Shown here piece after piece: positions 1-12,012 of a stretch of DNA of 37,047 bases (the stretch's first letter is position 1; every line of letters begins with the position of its first letter). The notes below the pieces were generated by a model. That model did no database searches. It was not told where the DNA came from and was given only the letters and a program-made list of their open reading frames with translations. Source of the DNA: Octopus bimaculoides (lineage: Eukaryota); the NCBI RefSeq assembly GCF_001194135.2, contig NC_068990.1, positions 35,737,726 to 35,774,772 on the forward strand. The letters are read 5' to 3'. The position numbers and the translations under genes are program-made.

Positions 1-519
1 TATCAATTTCACTATCTATCAGTCTATCATTTTATCTATTTGTATATTCAATAACCCATCGACTTACGTTTCCCTTGTTTGCTCTCTTGTTCAGAGAAAT
101 AAAAATAGACTCTTTTATACGGATTAAAAATGGAATATATGTAGATAAAGAGTCAGAAAGGTTTCATTGTACATCATATATCTCACGAGACAGAATATGT
201 AGAAATATTTAGCACCATATGTTCTTTATTTCAATTTCTGATTTAACGGTATTAGCAAAAGCATGAGCAATAAAACAGCAGTTTACTTAATCTCTAAATA
301 TGGCTTGTATCTTTTTTAATCAGAAACAATTCACGAACACTTCTACATCACCTTTAACATCAAAGTATTGCGGCATCTTAATCAGATTAATTGGAAACGT
401 CTTATTGTATTTCTGAGAGAGGGATGAACATGTACACATAAAGCTTGATAAATGAATGATTGAATATTATAGCAGTTTTTGTTATCGTTGTTATTATTAT
501 TGTAACTGATGTGGTCTTT

Positions 520-520
<1 letters not shown>

Positions 521-596
<76 letters not shown>
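521..596. repeat. (ATT)n microsatellite
   Basis: Direct reading; source of the poly-Leu ORF 460-663. Confidence 0.98.
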
Positions 597-1947
597 GATG
601 TTTTTTCTCCCATTATCCTTATTTCAGGTGTTTATATATATATTGCGTGACTTCACTCTATAATCAAGTGCAATTCTATATGTTTGCTATGTGAAAGTCT
701 TATTGTATTCATCATTAGTGCTTTCTATTAAAACTACTCTGTATAAAATCGGCTGCTATGCGTTCAATTTTTAGGTGTGTTACGTGCAATAAAGCTAGCG
801 TTAATTTAATTTACGCTTTATGTTTTCATGAAACATTGTACGTAACGTAATATTCATTTTACATGTCGATAAAAGCAGATGCATAAATATCTTCATATTT
901 TACAGTTTTCAAACTCTGTGGACTTAGACATCGAGGTCATTCGTTCAGTTAATCAGTTGATTCATCACAAGTTTACGATGGGTCAAGAAAGCGATTAATC
1001 AATTACAATTACTGTTTTACGCGATTTGAAAATTGTATTGTGTGCAAATATCGTGTCATAACCAAAAGTCGTATTTTCGTGCAATTTTTACGTAAGGCAT
1101 ATCATTCCTTTCATGGGAAAAGAATTCCATTACATTCTTTTAAATATCAGTTGTACATTGATAGTCGACTATGCAAATAATGTGAATAAAATTCGATTAT
1201 AATATGTAAAATTATTACCGAAACTGCGACGAAAATGAATCTTAATTTTATAATGTAGAATCTTCCATTGCTGCATAGGCAATAACTGCTAGACTCATCT
1301 AATTGTATATCTGTTATTAGCTTTTCAGTGACAAAAAAAAAAGAAAAGAATATAACAGTTCCAGGTAACTACGAAAACATTTCAGCCCTAAGTAAGTACA
1401 AGTAAATGTAAATTTTTAGGTTAAAATGGCTATTTATATGAATTTGTTTACAAACCGTGTGTCGCAATTAGTATATGTATACAATTCTGTTCAATATCGA
1501 ACTAGCTTTGCATTGAGACAGCATTGCGTGATGACATTCAGTCACTTCAATATGAACATGAACTTTGAAACAATTGTGTATGATTGTGTGTGTGTGTGTG
1601 TGTGTGTGTNNNNNNNNNNNNNNNNNNNNNNNNNNNNNNNNNNNNNNNNNNNNNNNNNNNNNNNNNNNNNNNNNNNNNNNNNNNNNNNNNNNNNNNNNNN
1701 NNNNNNNNNNNNNNNNNNNNNNNNNNNNNNNNNNNNNNNNNNNNNNNNNNNNNNNNNNNNNNNNNNNNNNNNNNNNNNNNNNNNNNNNNNNNNNNNNNNN
1801 NNNNNNNNNNNNNNNNNNNNNNNNNNNNNNNNNNNNNNNNNNNNNNNNNNNNNNNNNNNNNNNNNNNNNNNNNNNNNNNNNNNNNNNNNNNNNNNNNNNN
1901 NNNNNNNNNNNNNNNNNNNNNNNNNNNNNNNNNNNNNNNNNNNNNNN

Positions 1948-1978
<31 letters not shown>

Positions 1979-3555
1979 GTATCTATATCTATCTATATAT
2001 CTATCTATCTACATATGTATATTTATATCTGCTTTCTCTTTTTACCGTTATTGTTTTGTCAGTTTGAATTCTGGTTGAGGTGCGTTGCATTTTGTTCACA
2101 TGAAGCTGTTTTGCTCATAACATAGTGACGTTTTAAATATCTCTTTTGTAATACCATTCATATAGCCTCGATGCTAGCATATGTATGATACACAGCGTGG
2201 TCAGTTCACTTGATGTTGAGGGTTGTTGACCCCTGACAAGAAGTATTTTTCATAAGGTGAAGAGAAACTTGTCAGCAGAGAGACTTGTCAGAAACTTGGT
2301 GGCAGCTACTTCGCATTTTATGCTATGAAATGACTACACGAACACCGTGATACCTTCTTCGATCCAATTAAGTAATAAAATATTCCGCAATTTCAAATGA
2401 TAAAACAGAAAGCTCAAAATGCGAAATAAAGTGATAATACTAATGGTCATATTAAGGCTCGATTTTAATACAAATATATGGAATATTATTATTCAAGAAA
2501 TTATAACTTTCTGCGTTCGCCTGCTCACTCTTACTTTCATCAAAGAACAAGATCCTCTGCTTAAGCCTATTAAATTGGTATACAAAAGCGTTACCCAGAT
2601 CATACGTGACAATTTTGTTACCCAGATATAAATATGAAGAACAGAGAAATACAATTGCTCAAAATCTAACCAGACAACACAAACCAAAGACGACCTACCT
2701 ACCTGAAATTCTTCAAAGCAAAAGAGAATATAAAATCATTTTTACAGTACGCCTTTTTTAGATAGCAGATGCATTCAACCGATGTTCACGGAAATGTAAA
2801 TGTGAGTTTAGCATAAGAGAAAGGCTACCGTGCGATTTTAGGGAACAAATGGAGTGCTGAAATCCATACGTTTATGAAAACACCAATATATTAAGGATGA
2901 ACCGGACACCAAATTACTTTGCTTTTAAAAATACCATACATCTTTATCAGTTAGTTTCACCATAATATGTATTCACTCTAATGTGGCCAGATATCTTCTT
3001 TGCCGTGTTAGTCGTACTGAACTGTCTTCGATACTGATGTCCGCACATTTGGCAGCTAGCATGGGTTTTACGTAGCATTGGTCCTGGCTGGATCCAGCTA
3101 TTCACCTGCTGTAAATCTACAAGTCGATTCATAAGGGGGAATCATAGACTTTATAATCAGAGATCAAATCTGAGAGTCATGTAACAATTTTGCACCTTTA
3201 ATATTATTAAATAATTTGAATTCACGTTGGTGCGGTTTCTTCAAGCCAAATATGTAACAAACGAATATATACGTTTGTCATAGGAATGACTAGAAGAAAG
3301 CATCAAATATGAATGATGCCCATTGTGATAAGTTCCGCTTTAGTACACTTGCGGACGAAATATTTCCTCCCCAAAAATTGTTTAGCGAAGCTCATAACGA
3401 AAGCTTATTATCGTGTAGATATATTATGTTCTTCGCACAATATAGCAAGAGCATAATACGAGACGTGCATAATATATGAGAAGAGAAGTAATTAGAGACA
3501 TAGTCAATCAATTTGCTTTTATAGTGGCGTATAGTTTTATACAGGTTGAGTACAT

Positions 3556-3588
<33 letters not shown>

Positions 3589-3595
<7 letters not shown>

Positions 3596-3837
3596 ATAAG
3601 AGTGAAAAAACTACAGAAGGCTTATGTTACATGGTTAAAGTATATATTTAAATTATGTCAGAAAAATGTAAGAAAAAAATTATAAAAATGTTATAAAATC
3701 TTTTTGGTATATAAACATTGTATTTTGAGAAATAACCGGTTTCGTGTTGTCTTTTCAAATTTCTCCATTTCATTGTGTCGTGTTCGTTCCAGTCTGAGAA
3801 AGAAGAGTTCTAGATAGGGGGAGGTAATTAGGGATTT
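3589..3837 (-). mobile_element. Probable 3' terminal (pLTR-like) segment of the same PLE
   Basis: Lies downstream of the GIY-YIG ORF across a 172-N gap and ends at a (TA)n tract (3559-3588). Assignment is positional inference only. Confidence 0.4.
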
Positions 3838-4009
3838 NNNNNNNNNNNNNNNNNNNNNNNNNNNNNNNNNNNNNNNNNNNNNNNNNNNNNNNNNNNNNNN
3901 NNNNNNNNNNNNNNNNNNNNNNNNNNNNNNNNNNNNNNNNNNNNNNNNNNNNNNNNNNNNNNNNNNNNNNNNNNNNNNNNNNNNNNNNNNNNNNNNNNNN
4001 NNNNNNNNN

Positions 4010-4475
4010 TGTATTTTTGAATGAAAAAGGTTTCCTTATTTAATCTAATCTGTGTTGGTGTTTTAATGGCACATTGATAAAAAGGAAAGATTATAAATTG
4101 TGGTAGCATTTGTTTTGCGCATTTTTCAATATGATCACTAAAAGGTATCATTCGGTATTCTGGGTGTGCAATCTGCTGGCGGTGCAGAGTGCATCTACGT
4201 CTGAGCGATGACCCTGTAGACCCTATGTAGTTCTCGTGGCAGCCCGAACATCTTATTACGTAAATAAGATTTTCTGAGGCACAAGTAAAGTTAGATTTAA
4301 CTTTGAATCTGTGTCCCTCTTTGAAGAGGAATTCTGAACCTTCTAGAATGTTTGGGCATGTTGCACAATTTGGTCGACCACATTTGTTCACTTTCGCATC
4401 TGTTGTTTCGGAAAGTAATTTTGCCTTTGTGAGGATCTTTTTCAGTGATTTTGGTTGTTTGTGGCTTTTGATGAT
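4010..4475 (-). mobile_element. Penelope-like element (PLE), C-terminal GIY-YIG endonuclease fragment, 5'-truncated
   Basis: Minus-strand frame reads IIKSHKQPKSLKKILTKAKL...KCGRPNCATC...FTCASENLIYVIRCSGCHENYIGSTGSSLRRRCTLHRQQI...FSDHIEKC...RLNKETFFIQKY then runs into the gap 3838-4009. It has the CxxxxCxxC linker, NLIYVIRCxxC..YIGST (GIY-YIG variant), conserved R/H and the terminal 'E..FI.KY' typical of PLE endonucleases. The frame is bounded upstream by a stop at the (TA)n edge. Confidence 0.9.
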
Positions 4476-6797
4476 TTATATATATATATATACACACATA
4501 TATATGCAGAAATACAGAGAGGGAAAAAGCGATCCATTTAATGCGAAAGCATTTTTAACCTTCGAAACTGACAAGCGAAGTTTAATATAAAAACAAGCTG
4601 ATTATTCTGTCCTCTCAGATTTTCTTTTCTAAAGAACCTAAATCCTGTTTGATCCTGTTTGTGGGATGAATTTTCGGGTGAATTGTACGCTTCGGCAGCA
4701 TCAGAGGTTTCAAGAAACAAATAATTAATGACTGTGCCAAGTGATTCTGTTGAATTTAAAGGCTCCTGAAATGGAGTGTCAATATTAATGTGTTAAGAGA
4801 TGCGATATAATAAAGTGGGCGTTTATGTCCAGTGACCAGTATATCCTTGAGGCTACTTCAATATTGACAACAAACGAGGGGCGGAATCGAAATTGAATCC
4901 AGATTTATTGATTCAAGAAGAAATGTATGGAGAAGCCGATGCGCATGCAAACAATACATACACATGTACACGTAGATATATAAGTCTAAAAAAATATACA
5001 AAATATAAAATTGTGTGAAAAGTGAATACGTGAGATTATAAACATGATCAATGTGTGTATGGATCGAAATATGTATATGTAGATAAATATCTGATTCTGT
5101 ATATATACATATGTGTGTGTGTGTATGTGTATATGTGTATATATNNNNNNNNNNNNNNNNNNNNNNNNNNNNNNNNNNNNNNNNNNNNNNNNNNNNNNNN
5201 NNNNNNNNNNNNNNNNNNNNNNNNNNNNNNNNNNNNNNNNNNNNNNNNNNNNNNNNNNNNNNNNNNNNNNNNNNNNNNNNNNNNNNNNNNNNNNNNNNNN
5301 NNNNNNNNNNNNNNNNNNNNNNNNNNNNNNNNNNNNNNNNNNNNNNNNNNNNNNNNNNNNNNNNNNNNNNNNNNNNNNNNNNNNNNNNNNNNNNNNNNNN
5401 NNNNNNNNNNNNNNNNNNNNNNNNNNNNNNNNNNNNNNNNNNNNNNNNNNNNNNNNNNNNNNNNNNNNNNNNNNNNNNNNNNNNNNNNNNNNNNNNNNNN
5501 NNNNNNNNNNNNNNNNNNNNNNNNNNNNNNNNNNNNNNNNNNNNNNNNNNNNNNNNNNNNNNNNNNNNNNNNNNNNNNNNNNNNNNNNNNNNNNNNNNNN
5601 NNNNNNNNNNNNNNNNNNNNNNNNNNNNNNNNNNNNNNNNNNNNNNNNNNNNNNNNNNNNNNNNNNNNNNNNNNNNNNNNNNNNNNNNNNNNNNNNNNNN
5701 NNNNNNNNNNNNNNNNNNNNNNNNNNNNNNNNNNNNNNNNNNNNNNNNNNNNNNNNNNNNNNNNNNNNNNNNNNNNNNNNNNNNNNNNNNNNNNNNNNNN
5801 NNTATATATATATATATATATGTGTGTGTATCTATAATCTCTCCGATATTCACCTATTACACAATAATATTAATAAGAAATAATAAGTATGCAGTTTGCC
5901 TCATGTTACATTAACTAGTGCCATTGCCCACGGTGCATTCAACGATATTCATCGTGATAAATGAAGCAGAATGATTCCTCTGAATTACGATAGCTAAATC
6001 AGATTTGAGCTTTTTAATTTCATTATGATTTATAAGAGGGCAAGTTATTCAATATCCTGTAAGTAATTGTGTCTTACAAACTTACACATATCGCAAGATT
6101 TCTTTTAAATTTTCAACTCAGCACCAAGTCTAAATGACAAGCGAAGCAGAATCTAATGTTTCCAGTTGGTGCCTGTAAATAAAATGTATGAAAAAGAAAC
6201 CAATTCCACTCATTCCTCCCTTTCCTTCTCCCCCTCTCCATTCATTTCTTCTTTCTCTTCTACTGCTACTGCTGTTTGGTTTCTGTTCATTGCTAAAATT
6301 AATTGACTTGCTAAAAGTGTTTAATTGACTAGAAAGCGGTCGCCTTTCTTTTCAAACTTTGTTGTGTGTGTATGGATACGGCGCATATGTATACATTCAT
6401 ACATACATACACACACACACAAACTCACACAAATATATACATATATATATATATATATGCATGTATATATACATACATATACATACATATATATATATAT
6501 ATATANNNNNNNNNNNNNNNNNNNNNNNNNNNNNNNNNNNNNNNNNNNNNNNNNNNNNNNNNNNNNNNNNNNNNNNNNNNNNNNNNNNNNNNNNNNNNNN
6601 NNNNNNNNNNNNNNNNNNNNNNNNNNNNNNNNNNNNNNNNNNNNNNNNNNNNNNNNNNNNNNNNNNNNNNNNNNNNNNNNNNNNNNNNNNNNNNNNNNNN
6701 NNNNNNNNNNNNNNNNNNNNNNNNNNNNNNNNNNNNNNNNNNNNNNNNNNNNNNNNNNNNNNNNNNNNNNNNNNNNNNNNNNNNNNNNNNNNNNNNN

Positions 6798-6835
<38 letters not shown>

Positions 6836-7506
6836 CACATATAAACACGCACACAAACACTGAAAACCAGCACATTTATATACATACACACTCATAAATA
6901 TATGTATGTTAATGTTTTGTGCAAGTGTGTGATTGCTTCCTGTAATTTTCTATTGCGTAACGGTCTCTGTGTGTAGGTATATAAAAGCGAATGTGTACCG
7001 GTGCTGAAAGCATGTAATTTGTTACTGAATTCCGAATTAACAAACTGCGATATTTGTGTATGAGTTTGGAAGTTTTAAGTTAAATGCGGAATATATGAAC
7101 CATTCATTCTTTAGCTATATATACTCCGATTCGTGAAAACACAAATGCTCACTCACACAAACACATAAACTCACACAAGCACAGCCATACATGCACAGGG
7201 TATGTATGACTGCATGGTGTGTGCGTGTGCGTTTGTGTGTGTTTGTCTCTGTGTGCTTATGTGTGTGTGTTTATCGTAATATACATTCACATAGAAATAA
7301 TGGAGTTTAAAGTTTAACATTTGACTTTTTAAAACGTCCAAACTCACATAAGTGTCGTAACTTTATTAAACACACACACACATTCATACGTATGCATATA
7401 TACATACATTTGAGAGTATGTATATACACGTTTATCTACACACTCACACAACAAGTGCGCATACAATCATTCATATGTAAATAATATACACATATAATCA
7501 TACATG

Positions 7507-8045
7507 TCCTATTATAAATCAGAATGAAGTGTCTCTGTCCGTTACGTCTTTATGTTCGTTAACTCCTCTTAGACCGTGGATGCAAGGACAACGAAACTCA
7601 AACCAGCAACTCCCCTAATCATAGGGAATGTCGTAAAGGAATCTAGTTTTTTAAGGGCCGCTTAATTATGGCCACCTAATTGGGGCCCCACAGAGCCTCC
7701 CTATTTTCACTGCATTTTAAACTATATACATGGCATTGGCGACCAAATCGAAGCAATGACAATGAATTTCTTACAATGAACTCCCGGTAAGTATCGTAAG
7801 GAGTTTCAATTTCTGAAGGGCCACTTAAATGGAATCCCACTGACCCCACCTTTTTTTATATGTTTTCCTCGTTTCTACGCTTATTGATTAAACTATGATC
7901 AGCATCAGTGGTTAGTACATTTACAGAAATAAGTTTGGGCATTCTAAATACCTTAATGTACATTCAAATCGGGATAAAGAGTTATAGCAGGTACGTTTCA
8001 AGGGTGGTAGTGTGGATATTTATATTTTGTAGTTTATGAAACTTA
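7507..8045 (+). mobile_element. Possible non-autonomous Helitron-like element (5' part)
   Basis: Starts TCCTATTATAAATCAGAATGAAGTGTCTCTGTCCGTTACG...AACTCCTCTTAGACCGTGGATGCAAGGACAACGAAACTC, resembling the 'TC-AT-rich-GTCTGT...AACTCC...ACCG...AACGAAAC' layout I recall for non-autonomous Helitrons. Has an internal imperfect repeat (TTAAGGGCCGCTTAATT / CTGAAGGGCCACTTAAAT). No 3' CTRR hairpin identified; right boundary uncertain. Confidence 0.3.
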
Positions 8046-8052
8046 TGTCTGA

Positions 8053-8083
<31 letters not shown>

Positions 8084-8201
8084 CGTGGTCTGATCAATAA
8101 GTATTCGGTCCGTTGCTATAGTAACGACGCTAAAATACAACTAACATACGCTGAGTATACACACTAAGTTTTAACGTTCTAGCTCTGTTCCGCTCAATTA
8201 C

Positions 8202-8205
<4 letters not shown>
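8084..8205 (+). mobile_element. Tc1/mariner-like terminal inverted repeat fragment in a (TA)n tract
   Basis: TA|CGTGGTCTGATCAATAAGTATTCGG resembles mariner TIR starts (TA|CGAGGGnnnnTCAATAAGT) and follows a TA target. Partner TIR not visible (gap follows). Confidence 0.35.
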
Positions 8206-8232
<27 letters not shown>

Positions 8233-9727
8233 NNNNNNNNNNNNNNNNNNNNNNNNNNNNNNNNNNNNNNNNNNNNNNNNNNNNNNNNNNNNNNNNNNNN
8301 NNNNNNNNNNNNNNNNNNNNNNNNNNNNNNNNNNNNNNNNNNNNNNNNNNNNNNNNNNNNNNNNNNNNNNNNNNNNNNNNNNNNNNNNNNNNNNNNNNNN
8401 NNNNNNNNNNNNNNNNNNNNNNNNNNNNNNNNNNNNNNNNNNNNNNNNNNNNNNNNNNNNNNNNNNNNNNNNNNNNNNNNNNNNNNNNNNNNNNNNNNNN
8501 NNNNNNNNNNNNNNNNNNNNNNNNNNNNNNNNNNNNNNNNNNNNNNNNNNNNNNNNNNNNNNNNNNNNNNNNNNNNNNNNNNNNNNNNNNNNNNNNNNNN
8601 NNNNNNNNNNNNNNNNNNNNNNNNNNNNNNNNNNNNNNNNNNNNNNNNNNNNNNNNNNNNNNNNNNNNNNNNNNNNNNNNNNNNNNNNNNNNNNNNNNNN
8701 NNNNNNNNNNNNNNNNNNNNNNNNNNNNNNNNNNNNNNNNNNNNNNNNNNNNNNNNNNNNNNNNNNNNNNNNNNNNNNNNNNNNNNNNNNNNNNNNNNNN
8801 NNNNNNNNNNNNNNNNNNNNNNNNNNNNNNNNNNNNNNNNNNNNNNNNNNNNNNNNNNNNNNNNNNNNNNNNNNNNNNNNNNNNNNNNNNNNNNNNNNNN
8901 NNNNNNNNNNNNNNNNNATATATATATATATATATACATATATATATACATTAGATGCGTATCAATTCAAAAGTAACGCTCTCCTATAACACCACCACAA
9001 AATTTTGATCGACTAATCAACAACTCATTGGACGATGAATAACTCCTTTTAATAGTGATTGATGTTAACGCAATACCAATTGTTTCATGTAGGATAGCAA
9101 TTTCTAGCAATTATTCGGCTAAAGGTAAATTAACACAGACGTAGCAGATACATTTCTAAGACTGCATACAAACGTGAAGCCAGGTGAGATTTCGCTTAAG
9201 GTAAAAGGTGGTATATTAATTAATTGGGTAATGAGATTTACTCATTAACACATTATTTTAATGGTGTCTTTCCCTTGCGTTGCTTCGTTTGAAAGATGCT
9301 AGCGACTTTGATTTGCAAATGCCATATGCTGACATGAAACATAATATATAAAACACCACTGTTGTGCAAATTCACTAGATATTCTGTCTGAAGATATGTA
9401 TTGATATATTCACCTGTGCAAAAATATATAAGCGAGATACCGTATACACGTAGTGAATAAAATATCGCTGATGTTACAATTGCTTTCTGACAATTGGATT
9501 AGAATATGCATTTAGTTACTTTCTTACGTGATGTATGCGTAAGATCTATACTGGAATAGTCTATTAAAACATTTGTATCTCCATCTGTAGCCATTTATGC
9601 GTAAATTCAAGCTGCTATGCCAGTAGTGTTCTATGTTCTTCGGTTGATTAATTGCTAACAATTACTGTGAAAACATTAGTACTGCATTAACTCCATTAAA
9701 TTTATTAACAAATTTTTGGCCGAACAA

Positions 9728-9810
9728 TATCTATCTATCTATCTATCTAACTATCTATCTATCTATCTATCTAACTATCTATCTATCTATCTATATATCT
9801 ATATATCTAT
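9728..9810. repeat. (TATC)n microsatellite with TAAC variants
   Basis: Direct reading. Confidence 0.95.
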
Positions 9811-10167
9811 CTACATATATATACATANNNNNNNNNNNNNNNNNNNNNNNNNNNNNNNNNNNNNNNNNNNNNNNNNNNNNNNNNNNNNNNNNNNNNNNNN
9901 NNNNNNNNNNNNNNNNNNNNNNNNNNNNNNNNNNNNNNNNNNNNNNNNNNNNNNNNNNNNNNNNNNNNNNNNNNNNNNNNNNNNNNNNNNNNNNNNNNNN
10001 NNNNNNNNNNNNNNNNNNNNNNNNNNNNNNNNNNNNNNNNNNNNNNNNNNNNNNNNNNNNNNNNNNNNNNNNNNNNNNNNNNNNNNNNNNNNNNNNNNNN
10101 NNNNNNNNNNNNNNNNNNNNNNNNNNNNNNNNNNNNNNNNNNNNNNNNNNNNNTATATATATGTATG

Positions 10168-10266
10168 TATACATACATACATACATACATACATACATGC
10201 ATACATACATACATGCATACATACATACATACATGCATACATACATACATGCATACATACATACAT
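10168..10266. repeat. (TACA)n/(TGCA) tetranucleotide array
   Basis: Direct reading. Confidence 0.95.
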
Positions 10267-10949
10267 AAATACGCATAACGCGCATTCATACATGCGGATC
10301 CTGACAGAGTAGAAGATCGGCGTATTCCTAATGATAGTCTGATAAAGCGGCACACCGACATATTCAACAATACGTATTGTGTAACTTTTCAAAAGAAATC
10401 ATTTACATGAAATGAATTTAAAGAAAAACATGTAATCTGTATTAAAGTAGCTGCACACGTTGGTGAATATGATGTCCCTATGAGTAGTGCTATACCATAT
10501 CTAGTACTTATGTATCTTCTTAACGAGTAATATACCCACTACAAATTTAATTATCACACTCACTTATTCCATGCAAATTTCTCTCGCAAAAGATGTTTAC
10601 GTACAGTTGAATATGTGTAGATTTCGGTAATTCCGTTCATTCCGAACGCTTTTGTTTCTCTTGAAGCATTGTTGCTTACATTAATATAATACTCTCACTC
10701 AGATTTCTACCCAGCCCAGCGATATATGTATATCTCGAAACACATTGGATCCTCCTTTGTTCATAACGGCTGTAATGAAGTGAAACCACTTTTATTGTAA
10801 TGGAAAGATGTGAAATTCAATACTGAGATCACATACGTCAATCCTTTGGTGAAATATAATGTAAATACTTCATACTTCTGACGCCTGAGAAGATTCTCGA
10901 ATTATCTTTATCAGATTAGCCTTTGTTTTCTTGTTCCTACGCTGCTGAA

Positions 10950-11030
10950 CTAAATACACTATTTGTTGTACTAAATACACTACGTTGTTTCTAAATACAC
11001 TAATGTTGCACTAAATACACTATATTTGTA
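10950..11030. repeat. Minisatellite, 4 x 20-21 bp
   Basis: Units start at 10950, 10971, 10991 and 11011, each with invariant CTAAATACACTA plus 8-9 variable T/G-rich bases. Confidence 0.9.
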
Positions 11031-11044
11031 ACACGAGATCTATA

Positions 11045-12012
11045 TGAGGGTGGGTTGAAAACTTCATAGGCTGACTATGAAGGAGTGATGCTAGAGTTGT
11101 AAAATCTTACATACCTTAATTTCAAATCTTAATGGCTGCATTGTTCCTCTCTAGCTAAAGAGACATCTGACTTTACAGAGAAGATTTCAGATGTAACGTG
11201 TGTTGTTATCATGTACCTACAGAAGAAACTTTTTATCTCCCAAACACAGTCATGCTAACATGGCTGATTTATCAACATTGGAGCAGTGGGCAACTGAATT
11301 TAGGAAAGGAGGGGAAAATCTTGACGATGGGTCTGGAAATCCTTCAACTGCCACTACCGAGAAAAATATTGATCGTGTTCAGCAAATGCTGATGAACGAT
11401 AAGCGATTGACCATAAATCAAATAGTCAATATTATTAGCATATCCTATGACAGAATTGAGAATATTCTGCACAACGAACTTGGCATTACGAAGGGTTCTG
11501 TTCGGTAGGTGCCACGTCTTCTGACATCTGATCAAATGTGCACCAGGCGTATCACATCATGAGAAAATCTAACATTCTTTGAGGCAGACCCAGCTGGTTT
11601 CCCCGAACGCTTCCTAGCCAGGATGAGTGTTAGCTTCAATACTTTGAACCACAGACAGAGAAAATTTGTGAAGTAGAAACACCTCACCTCACATGCTCTA
11701 AGGAAGGCCAAGATCATTTCATTTGCAAGGACAGTGATGGCTACAGTTTCTGGGACACAAAAGATGTTCTGTGTATTGACAGTCTTCAAAAGAGCTACAC
11801 TATAAATGGCGAGTCCTATACCAACTTGCTGGAGCAGTTAGAAAAGTCTATCGAGACCAAACGTTTAGAGAATCTGACGAAATGCTCTTGTTTCATCAGC
11901 ACAATACTCTAGCACACAAGTACTTCTTTCCAATGACTGATGTGCGTGACTGGCTTGCAAATGGTTGAACAACCCCCCTCCTATATTCTCCTGATTTAGA
12001 CCCCATCTGGCT
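11045..12012 (+). mobile_element. Decayed mariner (D,D34D) DNA transposon, internally deleted and 3'-truncated
   Basis: Left end TA|TGAGGGTGGGTTGAAAACTTCATAGG is a mariner-type TIR. ATG at 11260. Translated pieces: EFRKGGENLDD-GSGNPSTATTEKNIDRVQQMLMNDKRLTINQI (second HTH), R*VPRLL (WVPxxL), VMATV-FWDTKDVLCID...TINGESY, LFHQHNT (HDNA-like), YSPDLDP (YSPDLAP motif, 11984-12004). Multiple stops and frameshifts; right TIR absent. Confidence 0.92.
11260..12010 (+). pseudogene. Mariner transposase pseudogene
   Basis: WVPxxL and YSPDL motifs recognisable, with stops and frameshifts. The first HTH appears missing (MADLSTLEQ-WAT joins directly to EFRKG). Confidence 0.88.

Noticed and set aside
906-995. 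Open frame FSNSVDLDIEVIRSVNQLIHHKFTM after an acceptor-like site
   Set aside because: No good donor and no homology recognised.
8049-8055. CTGATGA hammerhead-like heptamer
   Set aside because: Followed directly by (TA)n, with no stem II or GAAA.
10950-11030. CRISPR-like repeat/spacer appearance
   Set aside because: Eukaryotic context, 12-bp repeat with 8-9-bp related 'spacers', and no cas genes. It is a minisatellite.
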